Assembly (NCBI GenBank): GCA_964349465.1
Contig: CAYGGC010000008.1
Span: 1-52,354 of the forward strand
From: an uncultured Gammaproteobacteria bacterium
Lineage (GTDB): Bacteria > Patescibacteriota > Patescibacteriia > SBBC01 > CAIJZX01
Length of the DNA stretch: 52,354 bases
Direction: 5' to 3'
Position 1 is the stretch's first letter. Each line of letters begins with the position of its first letter. The notes below the pieces were generated by a model that was given only the letters and a program-made list of their open reading frames with translations, had not been told where the DNA came from and ran no database searches. Positions 22,856 to 32,687 of this stretch are shown one piece after another. The translations under genes and the position numbers were made by a program.

Positions 22856-23584
22856 ATGAAAGGAATTATTCTCGCGGGCGGATCTGGTACACGGTTACGC
22901 CCCATGACGCTCGTGACAAGCAAGCAGTTGTTGCCGATTTACGACCGGCCGATGATTTTTTATCCGCTCCAAACACTTCTGAACGCTGGTATTAAAGAAG
23001 TGTTGATTATTGTTGCGCCTGATCGAGCCGGAGATTTTTTGCGGGTCCTCGGATCGGGGAAAGAGTTCGGCGCGAAATTTACCTACGAAATTCAGGACAA
23101 ACCGAACGGTTTAGCTGAAGCCTTTATTATTGGCGAAGATTTTATTGATAACGGGAGCGTGACCCTCGTGCTCGGCGACAACCTCTTTGTCGGAAAAGAA
23201 GAGGAGCTTAACAATGCGATTACATCCTTTACGACCGGCGGACGTGTTTTTGCCAAGGAAGTGCCGGACCCAGAACGTTTTGGGGTGGTGGAATTTGATG
23301 TCAATCGCTCCGTCCTCTCGATTGAAGAAAAACCAAAACAACCTCGCAGCAATCATGCGCTTGTCGGGTTGTATGTTTTTGATAACCAAGTCGTTTCGAT
23401 TGCTAAAAATCTCAAACCCTCACCTCGGGGTGAGTTAGAAATCACCGACGTCCATAAAGCCTATCTAGAACGCGGCCAGCTAGACGTGCGGATGTATACC
23501 GGAGAGTGGCTCGATACTGGAACGCCGGACTCGCTGTTAGCTGCTGGTAATATGATCGCTGAACGGAAACGGGCTAATCGATAA
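22856..23584 (+). CDS. rmlA: Glucose-1-phosphate thymidylyltransferase (short form)
   Basis: GIILAGGSGTRL.P.T...SKQLLPIYD, EEKP, SPRGELEITD, WLDTGT. Confidence 0.93.
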   Translation: MKGIILAGGSGTRLRPMTLVTSKQLLPIYDRPMIFYPLQTLLNAGIKEVLIIVAPDRAGDFLRVLGSGKEFGAKFTYEIQDKPNGLAEAFIIGEDFIDNGSVTLVLGDNLFVGKEEELNNAITSFTTGGRVFAKEVPDPERFGVVEFDVNRSVLSIEEKPKQPRSNHALVGLYVFDNQVVSIAKNLKPSPRGELEITDVHKAYLERGQLDVRMYTGEWLDTGTPDSLLAAGNMIAERKRANR

Positions 23585-25535
23585 TCTGGTAGGTGCCGCG
23601 GTTGTATGTCCATGAGCCACCAGGGCCACCTGAAAAAACGGTACTGGCTAACCCAGTCTCATAGGTCACCTCTGAGCCATTTTGTAGAACAATGCGCTGG
23701 CCGGTGACTTCTTTTAGGTCGGCGCTATTTTTTAGTACGACTGAGCCACGGGCTGCAAAAACCACGCCCGCTGTTAGGTTATTGGAGACATCGATCGCGC
23801 CGTTGTCGTCGCTTAGCATTTGACTCATCGAAAGCAGCATAATGTAAGTGCTTGGCTGAGTATTCCCGATCGCGTTCCCACCGTTGCCTACAATTATCCG
23901 ACCACTATTGATTGGATCCGCCGCATTATCAGCTACAATACTCCCACTTTGACTACCGTAAGCATTGGAGAGAGTCATCGTGTCGTTGAGGTAGAGGTTC
24001 CCAACAACCCAGATGGTCCCAGTCAATGTAACTGGTCCGTCAATAGTGACATCACCGCTATATTTACGTGGTCCGATCGAACCAGACGAAATCGTGCAAC
24101 CGGAGGAACAATTTGTCGTTCCGCCCGCCGCTGCTTGAGCCTCCATTTGAGAGATTTGTGCGGTAGAGATCGGAAAATCTGCCGGACTGAGCGTGGTGTT
24201 TCCGGCGTGGCAATACGGCCCCGTCCCATAAGTTGTGTTGAGGTTGTCGCAGGGGACTGGGGCAGTACTGGTGGTGAGACAGGTCTCGGTGTTTTGACCG
24301 GTTTCGACAGTGCCAGTGATGTTTTGATAGCACGCATGCTGCTTAATTTTTGTGTTCGCAATGGTCTCGGCATACGCATTTCCACCGATACCGTATTGCC
24401 CGTCGATGCAGAGCGCGCCCGTGCATTCAACATCAAGCGTCGATGAAACGCCGCCCATATTCACTCGAAAGGCGATATCGCACCCGGCGCCACTGCAGGC
24501 GTTTAGCATAGTCGTTGAATCGCCATCGAGTTTGGCCTGACCGCTGGCGTAGGCGGTGTTATCTGTATCAACGGCTGTGCGCCAGAACTTTGTCGTATTC
24601 GACCCGCTGGTTTTAATGACCAGCCAATAGGTTTGGCCAGCGGATAGTACCGGATTGGTCGCAGGTGCGTACACTTTTGTCGTCCAACCGTTTTCCCAGC
24701 CGGCGACCGATGCATCTGGGCCAGAGCTTATCGTGACACCGCCACCGGTCAAATCCGTACCCGGATTGTTTGATGAATCAGAATATATATAGACCTGTAG
24801 GGTTGAGCTCGGGTCGTTCACTTCAGCAATTTTCAAATCAAGGCTGAAAATTTTATCCGTCACCGTTGGTGAAAAACTTTGAGCCAGCCAGTCAGTTGTT
24901 GCGCCATTGGTGCCAAATGAAACCGTGGTTAACGGGCTGACATCTGGGTCCGAGATCGCGTCCGGTGTTGGTGATCCTTTCGTGAGAATCGCGTCACCGG
25001 TAATAGCGCTTTTTGCTCCAACCACTGGTCCACTCGAAAAGACGTTACCGAAAATCTTATTATTATTTTTCATTTCTAAGCCCCCGACCCCTGCCTGCAA
25101 GCCATACGAGAAAGCGACGTTCGTGGTTGTCATTGAAAGTTTGATTTGCAAGTGCCTCTCGCTTGTTCCACCGGAACCAATGATGGTACCGATCGAATCA
25201 ATAGTTTTCGAGCTGCCAGATCCGGTGACGGTGATCGTATATTCTCCGCGTCCAAAACTACTACTAGATTCACCGGTGTAGTTTGGGTTGCCGGGACAGT
25301 CGGTTGTATTCGTCGGGTTGTTCAAGCACCACACCGCCTTTTCAATTCCTGCTTCGGCGACGCGGATAGCCTCTTGGTCATTGACGCGACGGCTAGTGGA
25401 TTTTGTGCCGCTATTCGTTCGCTCATAGACAATAACGCTGGCGGCCGAAATAGCCGCGAGGAAAATCAGCGCCATCACGAGAATAATACCTCGGCGTCGT
25501 TTAGGGATGATTACGGAAGACGGCATAGAGAACAT
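23574..25535 (-). CDS. PilX-like minor pilin / pilus-associated protein
   Basis: RRG-IILVMALIF prepilin-like N-terminus, A...AEAGIEKA helix typical of PilX N-terminal domains. Confidence 0.7.
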   Translation of the reverse strand: MFSMPSSVIIPKRRRGIILVMALIFLAAISAASVIVYERTNSGTKSTSRRVNDQEAIRVAEAGIEKAVWCLNNPTNTTDCPGNPNYTGESSSSFGRGEYTITVTGSGSSKTIDSIGTIIGSGGTSERHLQIKLSMTTTNVAFSYGLQAGVGGLEMKNNNKIFGNVFSSGPVVGAKSAITGDAILTKGSPTPDAISDPDVSPLTTVSFGTNGATTDWLAQSFSPTVTDKIFSLDLKIAEVNDPSSTLQVYIYSDSSNNPGTDLTGGGVTISSGPDASVAGWENGWTTKVYAPATNPVLSAGQTYWLVIKTSGSNTTKFWRTAVDTDNTAYASGQAKLDGDSTTMLNACSGAGCDIAFRVNMGGVSSTLDVECTGALCIDGQYGIGGNAYAETIANTKIKQHACYQNITGTVETGQNTETCLTTSTAPVPCDNLNTTYGTGPYCHAGNTTLSPADFPISTAQISQMEAQAAAGGTTNCSSGCTISSGSIGPRKYSGDVTIDGPVTLTGTIWVVGNLYLNDTMTLSNAYGSQSGSIVADNAADPINSGRIIVGNGGNAIGNTQPSTYIMLLSMSQMLSDDNGAIDVSNNLTAGVVFAARGSVVLKNSADLKEVTGQRIVLQNGSEVTYETGLASTVFSGGPGGSWTYNRGTYQIID

Positions 25536-26127
25536 TGGTGCGAGTGAAGGTTTTGGTTTGGATATCTTTGGAAATTTGGATAGTTAATGTGGCGGCTTGG
25601 GCGCTAGCGATACCATCGCTAGTATAGCGGATATAGAGATCTTTGGCTCGATCAATGACAGTGCTGTCTTGGCCGGGGCGGAAAGTTCCGCTCGCTGGAC
25701 TCACGATCAGATGGATGGTGGGGTTGTCGGCGTTTGAGCTATCGAGAAAAATGACCGCGGTGTCACTCGTGCCGGAAATAGTTGAACCGGCGCTGTCCAG
25801 ACTTGGTAATGAAAAAACAAGGACGGTCGCGCTTGAAGTGTAGGTGGTGCCGTCAATGACCGCGGTAGGGAGGACTTCTTTCCCTTGACGGAGGATTTCA
25901 TCGAGCGGTCCAAGGACGCGACTCGTGCTTTCGCCGACGTCAATACGAATCTGTTCATCGTTCCCGAGTCTCGTTGAGCTGATAAATAAATTCCCAACCA
26001 CAACGACAATCAATCCCAAAATAGAAATCGTCACCAGCAGTTCAATCAGGGTGAGTCCGCGATGGAATTTCATCCCGTTAGAAGGGCGCTGGAAAAAATT
26101 GAGTATTTGAAGAAACTTCGTATTCAT
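25501..26127 (-). CDS. Prepilin-type N-terminal cleavage/methylation protein (PilW-like)
   Basis: RG-LTLIELLVTISI type IV pilin motif. Start may be 26073. Confidence 0.8.
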   Translation of the reverse strand: MNTKFLQILNFFQRPSNGMKFHRGLTLIELLVTISILGLIVVVVGNLFISSTRLGNDEQIRIDVGESTSRVLGPLDEILRQGKEVLPTAVIDGTTYTSSATVLVFSLPSLDSAGSTISGTSDTAVIFLDSSNADNPTIHLIVSPASGTFRPGQDSTVIDRAKDLYIRYTSDGIASAQAATLTIQISKDIQTKTFTRTNVLYAVFRNHP

Positions 26128-26149
26128 GTAGCAGTTACTTCTAACGGGA

Positions 26150-27196
26150 TCATAGGCCGACTCCGCTTCGTCCAAGTAGTCCACTGGTCGTGTAACTCAC
26201 CAACCCACCGTTTGTCAACCAGCGGATCGTAATGCTTGCTTGCTTTAATGTCGTGGTATTGCTCCCGACTGGCCACGTGGAAATAGTGAGTAATCCGTTA
26301 TCGTCAAACGTTGTAGTAGTCGAGTCAGGCAAATCGTTCAATCCGAGACGGACCCAAGCGGCCGGCACAACGGTGTCAGCATCGAAATCCCAGTTTTCTG
26401 TGGCATTCGCGATTATTTGAACATCATCCACGAGAGCGTGCGCGCCGTTCCAGCCCAACAGAGCGGCCGCACCGTCTGTGTAGGTTGTGTCAATAAAGGG
26501 GCCGCTTCCTAGTTGTGTGCCGTTGAGATAGATGGAAGTATTGGACCCGTTGGTGACAATGCGAATACTGTACCATGTATCGACGGCGATAGTTGTCGTT
26601 CGAGAATCAATTCGAGTTGCTGTCCCGGAAATAAGTTTTTCTAGATAAACGTTTTGGGTACCACCTGTCGTTGGGTCCAGATCAGTTGCTGTCCGCGCAA
26701 ACCGAAGTCGATAGCCGTTGGCTGAATCGTTTGATCGAAAAAGATAGCCGATCGAGGCATTGGCCGGACTGTCGGCGGACAAGAGCCATCTTGCCTCAAT
26801 CGTCGCGTCGGTGTACGTTCCAGCCGGCAAAAGCATCCGTCCGGAAACGGCGTTGCTGATGCTATTTTTGGCGAGCTCGAGCACGTTTGGCGCAGAATGA
26901 CCAACCCCAGCATCTGGCACGACCTGCCACGAACCAGCGTTATAGAGCGTGTTTATAAAGGTCCCATTTGTTTGATTTGAAAGAGCCGTGACGTCTAGAC
27001 GCCGCAAGGTGTTGAGTTGTTCATCGGCGAGGGCGGCGGCTTGGGTTCGAAAGAGAGCGCGCCGGTTTGTTTCACGGGCGGAAACGAAGGTGCCGACGAG
27101 AATGATCATAAACCCAACCACAAAAAGCCCAAGGACTGCGTCAATAAGCAATGAGCCAGGGCGAGTACGATACGTTGATAATCTATTTTTTTTCAT
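26150..27196 (-). CDS. Pilin-like protein (PilV-like N-terminus) with an inserted beta-sandwich/lectin-like domain
   Basis: PG-SLLIDAVLGLFVV N-terminus, QAAALADEQL helix, WYSIRIV..G....IYLNG motif. Confidence 0.6.
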   Translation of the reverse strand: MKKNRLSTYRTRPGSLLIDAVLGLFVVGFMIILVGTFVSARETNRRALFRTQAAALADEQLNTLRRLDVTALSNQTNGTFINTLYNAGSWQVVPDAGVGHSAPNVLELAKNSISNAVSGRMLLPAGTYTDATIEARWLLSADSPANASIGYLFRSNDSANGYRLRFARTATDLDPTTGGTQNVYLEKLISGTATRIDSRTTTIAVDTWYSIRIVTNGSNTSIYLNGTQLGSGPFIDTTYTDGAAALLGWNGAHALVDDVQIIANATENWDFDADTVVPAAWVRLGLNDLPDSTTTTFDDNGLLTISTWPVGSNTTTLKQASITIRWLTNGGLVSYTTSGLLGRSGVGL

Positions 27197-27240
27197 TTCC
27201 TACAGTGTACCAAAACGGAGTCCAACAGTCGACCCAACCA

Positions 27241-27269
27241 TTGACGTTCGGAGATTATTTTCGTAGCAT
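27241..27269 (+). promoter_or_regulatory. Promoter upstream of tRNA-Leu
   Basis: TTGACG-17 nt-TAGCAT. Confidence 0.55.
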
Positions 27270-27356
27270 CACAGTTATGCTGAGGTAGCGGAACCCCGCA
27301 CTTTCAATAAAGCTGAAACGCGGGGCAGGTTGGCATATATACCCCGCACAGATGGG

Positions 27357-27442
27357 GCCGTCGTGGCGAAATGGCAGACGCACTAGCCTTAGGAGCTAGC
27401 GGGAGCAATCCCATGTCGGTTCGACTCCGACCGACGGCACCA
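27357..27442 (+). tRNA. tRNA-Leu (anticodon TAG), long variable arm, encoded CCA
   Basis: GCCGTCG/CGACGGC acceptor stem, CTAGC-CTTAGGA-GCTAG anticodon arm, GTTCGACT T-loop, ACCA end. Confidence 0.96.
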
Positions 27443-27610
27443 CTTGTGCGGGTGCGCCAGCCGGAGAACCTGCTTCCCGCGAGGGATTGGAGGGTCGCAC
27501 AGCAACGGGTCCCCCCAACGGAAGGACCCCGGCCCCGCTGGGGCAAACCCTCTCCTCGGCACCAAACATGTCCAGAAGCCGAAACGAATAATTGGTGCTA
27601 TACTTGGGGC

Positions 27611-28330
27611 ATGGCTGAACAAAAACTACAAAACCCAACCGTTTTTATTCCTCATCATCCCTGGCGACGGCGACTCGTTATTGGGATTTTAACGATTTGT
27701 CTGGTCGGCGCAGCGGCGAGCTTTTTTATCGCGCGCTGGGCTGATCGAGGTCAGCGTGATGGTTTATACGAAGTTGCGAATTTGATTCGCTATTCGGTGG
27801 ACCCACAACTCGTCACCCAACTAACGGGTCAGCCGGCCGATGCGGCGGCGCCGGCGTACGCGCAATTACAAAAAACCTTTGTCGACCTTGGTAACGCGAC
27901 GCAAAAAATTCGCTATATTTATTTGATGGGCCGGCGCGATCAGCAGAATGTTTTCTTTTATCTCGATTCTCAGCCTGACCGATACGCGTCGGCCGGCCAA
28001 CCACCGCTGGCAGTCCCGGGCGAAGTATATGAGGACGTGACCGACGGAGTCTTAGATGTGTTTTTCAATGGCGTTTCAACCGTCGTCGGCCCGGAGACCG
28101 ACAAGTGGGGGACGTTCGTTTCGGCGCTCGTGCCGGTTCGTGACGATCAAGAACATGTGGTCGCCTTACTCGGTGTTGACGTCGAAGCCTCAAGTTTTCA
28201 GGCAAATGTTCGCGCGCGCGTCCTGATTGCGATTATAACTACATTACTCCTTGCGGCGGTTTACGCAGTATTTATCATCATGCGAATTCGGTCCCATCAT
28301 CACGTAGATCCTACTCAGCGTGCCGAATAA
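27611..28330 (+). CDS. Membrane protein with an extracytoplasmic Cache-like sensor domain and no output domain
   Basis: Two TM segments flanking YIYLM..PGEVY..GPETDKWGTFVSALVPV..VALLGVD. Start moved to MAEQK because the upstream part overlaps the tRNA and TATACT lies 6 nt before the ATG. Confidence 0.7.
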   Translation: MAEQKLQNPTVFIPHHPWRRRLVIGILTICLVGAAASFFIARWADRGQRDGLYEVANLIRYSVDPQLVTQLTGQPADAAAPAYAQLQKTFVDLGNATQKIRYIYLMGRRDQQNVFFYLDSQPDRYASAGQPPLAVPGEVYEDVTDGVLDVFFNGVSTVVGPETDKWGTFVSALVPVRDDQEHVVALLGVDVEASSFQANVRARVLIAIITTLLLAAVYAVFIIMRIRSHHHVDPTQRAE

Positions 28331-28562
28331 AACAGCGAGAGATTTTTTTGGCTGGTTCGGGGTGGTCGCAATCCTTCTTGCTTACGGCTTGAATGTTTTT
28401 GCGGTTATTAGTAGTAGGGGGTATATTTTTTTACTCCTCAACCTTATCGGATCGGCCGGTATCGTGGCCGTGGCTTGGCCGCGTCGAGATTTTCAGCCCC
28501 TGGCATTAAATATCATCTGGTTGATTGTCGCGGTGATCGGGGTCTTACGGCTCTTGACTTAA
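28320..28562 (+). CDS. Small membrane protein (CBU_0592-like)
   Basis: GW.G...IL.AY, LNLIGS, LNIIW pattern with three hydrophobic segments. Confidence 0.65.
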   Translation: MPNKTARDFFGWFGVVAILLAYGLNVFAVISSRGYIFLLLNLIGSAGIVAVAWPRRDFQPLALNIIWLIVAVIGVLRLLT

Positions 28563-28650
28563 TCGGACGGAGGATTATACTTTCTGTATAGACAAATTTT
28601 GGTGGTTCCTGTAAGGAGCCACCAAAATGTTTATATTCAATCAAAACACT

Positions 28651-28896
28651 TTACCAAGTATCGGTAGTAGAATCTTCCATAGCGACGATCAAAAACGTCC
28701 CATCCGTATCGTGAGTCATTTGGTAGGTTGTGTTGCGATAGCGAAATTCCGACCGACCGTGGTTTTTCGCGTCATAGCACAGGCGGTTCAAAATCGTGCG
28801 CGAGGTCATGCGCAAAAAATCCAAGACGTCTTGCTCGCCGTGTACGTGGTGCACCACGATGTATTCATCACGTATAGTTTTTTTGATTCTGGCCAT
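28651..28896 (-). CDS. Hypothetical protein (~81 aa)
   Basis: Plausible amino-acid composition; would explain the non-protein-like N-terminal extension of ORF 28627..31047. Confidence 0.45.
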   Translation of the reverse strand: MARIKKTIRDEYIVVHHVHGEQDVLDFLRMTSRTILNRLCYDAKNHGRSEFRYRNTTYQMTHDTDGTFLIVAMEDSTTDTW

Positions 28897-28965
28897 ATAT
28901 ACCAAGGGGTACGAAAGACGCTCCAGAACAAAATTCTAGCACAAAGACCACTTCATCGGCGAGTC

Positions 28966-31047
28966 TTGTCAAGGGTTGGTTTAGCTCTGGCCTTGGTCGC
29001 CCTCCCATGGTCGTCAAATTTGGTCATCGCTGACCAAGGGTCGCCCGCGGTAGTGATCAACGAGCTGGCTTGGATGGGATCATCGAGTTCGACGGCCGAC
29101 GAATGGCTAGAATTACGAAACCTGACCGCAAACTCCATTGATCTCAGTGGTTGGCGGATTACGAAACTCAGTAGCGGGTCAGAAACTACTATGACGGAAA
29201 TACCGCCGGGCAATGTCGTTGCGGCTGATGGATATTTTTTGATTGCGAATTATGCGGCAACTCATCCATCGAGCTCATTACACGTCACGCCGGATATTGT
29301 CGATACCGACATGGCGCTGAGTAACTCGGCGCTGCAAATCAAACTGTATGATCAAGCCGGAGTTTTGCAGGATACAGCTGATGATGGTGTAGGTAATCCA
29401 TTAAGCGGTCAATATAGTAGCGCTGAAAAAATTTTTCAGAGCATGGAACGGAATCCGGTCCCTGGTGATGGAGTAGTTGCTGAATCGTGGCATAGCGCTA
29501 GCGCCGGACTAGGTTTTAAAGAAGGAAAAACTGAATTCGGAACACCGCGAACGGCGAATTCTAATGGGTTGCCGGTCGCGGCGGCTGGCGACGATCAATC
29601 CGGTACAGTCAACCAAGAAATAAATTTTGATGGGAGCGATTCGACTGACCCCGAAGGTGGTCAGATATCGTATCTGTGGAATTTTGGTGATACGACGACG
29701 AGCGTGGAAGCGACGCCGCGTCATTCCTATTCGGCCGTCGGGACCTATGCCGTAACTCTGACTGTTTCCGATGGAATGAATACAGCGACGGATACTGCAA
29801 AGGTGGAAATTTCCGCGGCTCAGAGCGCAATCCCAACAACGCCGATCGTGACACCGTCTTTGCCAGCCGCATCGACACCACCAACGACTAGTTGCCGCGG
29901 CATCTCTCTCACCGAAATTTTTCCTAATCCCGAAGGCGTCGATACAAATGAGTTCCTGGAATTCTATAATCCGACAAACGCGTCGATTATTGTTGATGGG
30001 TGCACGGTGTGGCTGAATGACAAACGAAAACACATTGTGAAGAGTCTAACGATCCAACCAAAACACTACATGATCATAGAGAAAACAGTGAGTAAACTTT
30101 CACTAACGAATGCTGGTGGTTCAGTCCGACTGGTAGACACGGACGGAGTGGAGCTTGCCACCGTCAGTTATCCAAAAGCACCGAACGCGGAGAGCTGGGC
30201 GCTTATTGGTCAGGAATGGCTCTGGACCAACCAAGTCACAGCTGGGAAGAAAAACCTTGTGCCCCGAGACGATGAGCCGGATGAAAAAAGAACTGCCACG
30301 AAGACCGAGGTAACGAGGTTGTCGGTGGGGTTGAATGATATTCAAACCCTCGAGAGCGGGACCGCTATTACTATCCAAGGCGTGGTGACCGTCGAGGCGG
30401 ATCGACTCGGTACAAGAACATTGTTTCTGCAAAGCGATTCGGGCGCAGTGAGCGTCGTCGTCCCGAAAGAGGTTGGACGTGTCACGCGGGGTGATCTCGT
30501 CCAGATAACCGGTCAGGTTCGATTATCTCAAGGCCGTAAACGTATCGCGGCTGACCGTGATGGGGTAAAAGTTTTGAGCGCATCGAAGTCGATCACACCG
30601 ACGGCGATTGCACTCGATCAGCTTTCATCGGAATTTGCCGATGCACTTGTGAGTGTTCAAGGTGTAATTAGTAGCTCTTCGGGCGCGAAGTTCTTGATTG
30701 ATGACGGGACGGCTGAGGGGGAGATATACCTCAAGTCATCGACGGGGATCATCAAGCCAAGAAGTGCCACTGGCGACCGATTAGTCGTCGTTGGTATCGT
30801 CAGTGTCTCGACGTCCGGGATTAGGGTGTTACCGCGGACGATTGAGGACTTGCGAGTTGAACGAGTCCTGGGCGCAGCAACCGTGGCCACCCCAATCGCA
30901 AAAAACTTACCGACCGCCCCACCGCATCAAAATCAGTGGTACTGGGGATTCGTTGTCGTCGGCGTAGTAGCCGCGGGAATAAAACCAGGGCTCGCGTATA
31001 TCCGAAAAAGAAAAAATCCTGCCAGCGATGGAAGGATTGAGGTCTAG
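28966..31047 (+). CDS. Secreted/anchored protein: lamin-tail domain x2, PKD domain, OB-fold domains, C-terminal TM
   Basis: VVINELAWMGS..DEWLELRN, FDGSDSTDPEG..YLWNFGD PKD, LTEIFPNPEG..EFLEFYN, IDDGT..RVLPR. True start uncertain (TTG at 28966 assumed). Confidence 0.75.
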   Translation: MSRVGLALALVALPWSSNLVIADQGSPAVVINELAWMGSSSSTADEWLELRNLTANSIDLSGWRITKLSSGSETTMTEIPPGNVVAADGYFLIANYAATHPSSSLHVTPDIVDTDMALSNSALQIKLYDQAGVLQDTADDGVGNPLSGQYSSAEKIFQSMERNPVPGDGVVAESWHSASAGLGFKEGKTEFGTPRTANSNGLPVAAAGDDQSGTVNQEINFDGSDSTDPEGGQISYLWNFGDTTTSVEATPRHSYSAVGTYAVTLTVSDGMNTATDTAKVEISAAQSAIPTTPIVTPSLPAASTPPTTSCRGISLTEIFPNPEGVDTNEFLEFYNPTNASIIVDGCTVWLNDKRKHIVKSLTIQPKHYMIIEKTVSKLSLTNAGGSVRLVDTDGVELATVSYPKAPNAESWALIGQEWLWTNQVTAGKKNLVPRDDEPDEKRTATKTEVTRLSVGLNDIQTLESGTAITIQGVVTVEADRLGTRTLFLQSDSGAVSVVVPKEVGRVTRGDLVQITGQVRLSQGRKRIAADRDGVKVLSASKSITPTAIALDQLSSEFADALVSVQGVISSSSGAKFLIDDGTAEGEIYLKSSTGIIKPRSATGDRLVVVGIVSVSTSGIRVLPRTIEDLRVERVLGAATVATPIAKNLPTAPPHQNQWYWGFVVVGVVAAGIKPGLAYIRKRKNPASDGRIEV

Positions 31048-32024
31048 GAAATGAGCGGCGAGATGGACTTGCCGACGTGGGTTCGATGAATCGCATCGGC
31101 GAGGAGTCCGGCCATCGTGATTGGTTCGATCCGAGCTTCGGCCGCGTTGTCCGGCAGCCGGAGGCTATCGGAGACCATCATCAGCTCGATCGGCGATTCT
31201 TCAATACGCCGGACCGCTTCCCCGGACAGAATTGGATGAATACAGGCGGCGAGAATGTGCTTCGCCCCGGCGTCCTTCAGCTTCTGGGCGGCTGTGGTCA
31301 GCGTTCCGGCGGTGTCGACGGTGTCGTCGATCATGACGCAGAACTTGTTCTTGACCCGTCCGACGAGCCGCATCGACTGGAGCTCACCGGGCGCCTTGCG
31401 TCGCTTCTGGAAGAAGACCATGTCGCAGCCGAGCCGATCAGCATAGGATTCAACCATCTTGGTCGCACCAGCATCTGGGGCGACAAGAACGAGTCGTTCA
31501 GCATACTGCCGAGGAAGGAGGTGAAACCGGCTACGGAGCCGTTGTTGGATCGCGGTCAGCATCACCGGCCGATCGTAGAGGTGATCGACGACACATTTGT
31601 CAGGATCGTAGAATCCTTGGATCTGGGCGGCGTGAAGATCGGTCGTGATCAGTCGCTGGACGCCGGCGAGTTGAAGCATGTCGGCCACGAGTCTCGCCGA
31701 GATGGGTACTCGTGGCTTGTCCTTCCGGTCCTGACGGGCGTAGCCGTGATATGGCATGACGACGGTGATCTCCTTAGCCGACGAGCCGACCGCAGTGTAG
31801 GCCATCAAGAGCAGCTCCATGAAGTAGGCATGATCCCGGGGGTCCATGGGCTGGATGATGACGACGTGCGCGGCACGGACGTTGGTCAGCTGGGTGCGAA
31901 CCTCACCGTCGGTAAACCGACCGATGGTGATCGGTTCGAGGCGGCGGCGGAGTCGCGAAGCGATGGCTTCGGCCAACGGACGGTTGGCGGTGCCAGTCAA
32001 CAGTTTCAGGGGACGTGGTCTCAC
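31044..32024 (-). CDS. prs: Ribose-phosphate pyrophosphokinase
   Basis: F.DGEV, MELLLM, PY.GYARQDRK, DLHAAQIQGF, PDAG, DDTVDTAGTL. GTG start after GGAGG. Confidence 0.93.
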   Translation of the reverse strand: MRPRPLKLLTGTANRPLAEAIASRLRRRLEPITIGRFTDGEVRTQLTNVRAAHVVIIQPMDPRDHAYFMELLLMAYTAVGSSAKEITVVMPYHGYARQDRKDKPRVPISARLVADMLQLAGVQRLITTDLHAAQIQGFYDPDKCVVDHLYDRPVMLTAIQQRLRSRFHLLPRQYAERLVLVAPDAGATKMVESYADRLGCDMVFFQKRRKAPGELQSMRLVGRVKNKFCVMIDDTVDTAGTLTTAAQKLKDAGAKHILAACIHPILSGEAVRRIEESPIELMMVSDSLRLPDNAAEARIEPITMAGLLADAIHRTHVGKSISPLIS

Positions 32025-32157
32025 GGAGCCTCCAAGGAGGAGTTTGTGAAAAGGACGTGAAAGCGCGAACAGAACGTCGCAACCTTGCCATGAATAGGCT
32101 GACCCGTCAAGAAAGAAATGATACGACGACTCGTCCCCAACGTGATAGAATATAGAC

Positions 32158-32682
32158 ATGCCGACAATTCGCTTTCAATCAGCATTTTCTGTTCTCTTGT
32201 TTCTCGGTTGCCTGGTGCTCGGCCGCTGGTATGTTATTGCTCGACAAGCTCAGAGCGCTGAAACGGTAAACAACGTCACAACATCGTATATCCGAGACTG
32301 TCCGATCGTGACAGAAACAATACGGGTTGAACAAGCAGATCTGATTCTCGAAGCTACAGTGGAGATGGTTGTACCGGGCGTGACGTACGCCGAGGTGTAC
32401 TTGCGGCCAGGAACTATCTACAAAGGCGAGGCGCTCCGACCCCTGCGGATTCTCGCCAAGCCAACCGACGAACCATCAGCCTTAGCGACCCAAGGCTTTT
32501 CGCAAGTTCGACTTGATGGACGGGTTGAAAATGAGCTTTCCTTTGCTTCAACCGACCGACCTTATCTACTCTTTTTGCAACGGACATCAGATGGGTATAC
32601 GACCAGCCGTTGCGAGGGGAGTCGCTCCGTCGGAAGCGGATTGACTGACTCAGAGCGGACCCTCCTCGGCGTGGTACAATAA
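32158..32682 (+). CDS. Hypothetical exported/membrane-anchored protein
   Basis: N-terminal hydrophobic segment; TAGAAT 6 nt before ATG. Confidence 0.6.
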   Translation: MPTIRFQSAFSVLLFLGCLVLGRWYVIARQAQSAETVNNVTTSYIRDCPIVTETIRVEQADLILEATVEMVVPGVTYAEVYLRPGTIYKGEALRPLRILAKPTDEPSALATQGFSQVRLDGRVENELSFASTDRPYLLFLQRTSDGYTTSRCEGSRSVGSGLTDSERTLLGVVQ

Positions 32683-32687
32683 GCCAT

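Noticed and set aside
28627..28965. N-terminal extension of the 806-aa ORF
   Set aside because: Not protein-like, precedes the signal-like segment, and overlaps a plausible minus-strand gene.
31077..32060. 327-aa plus-strand ORF
   Set aside because: Antisense shadow of the GC-rich prs gene.
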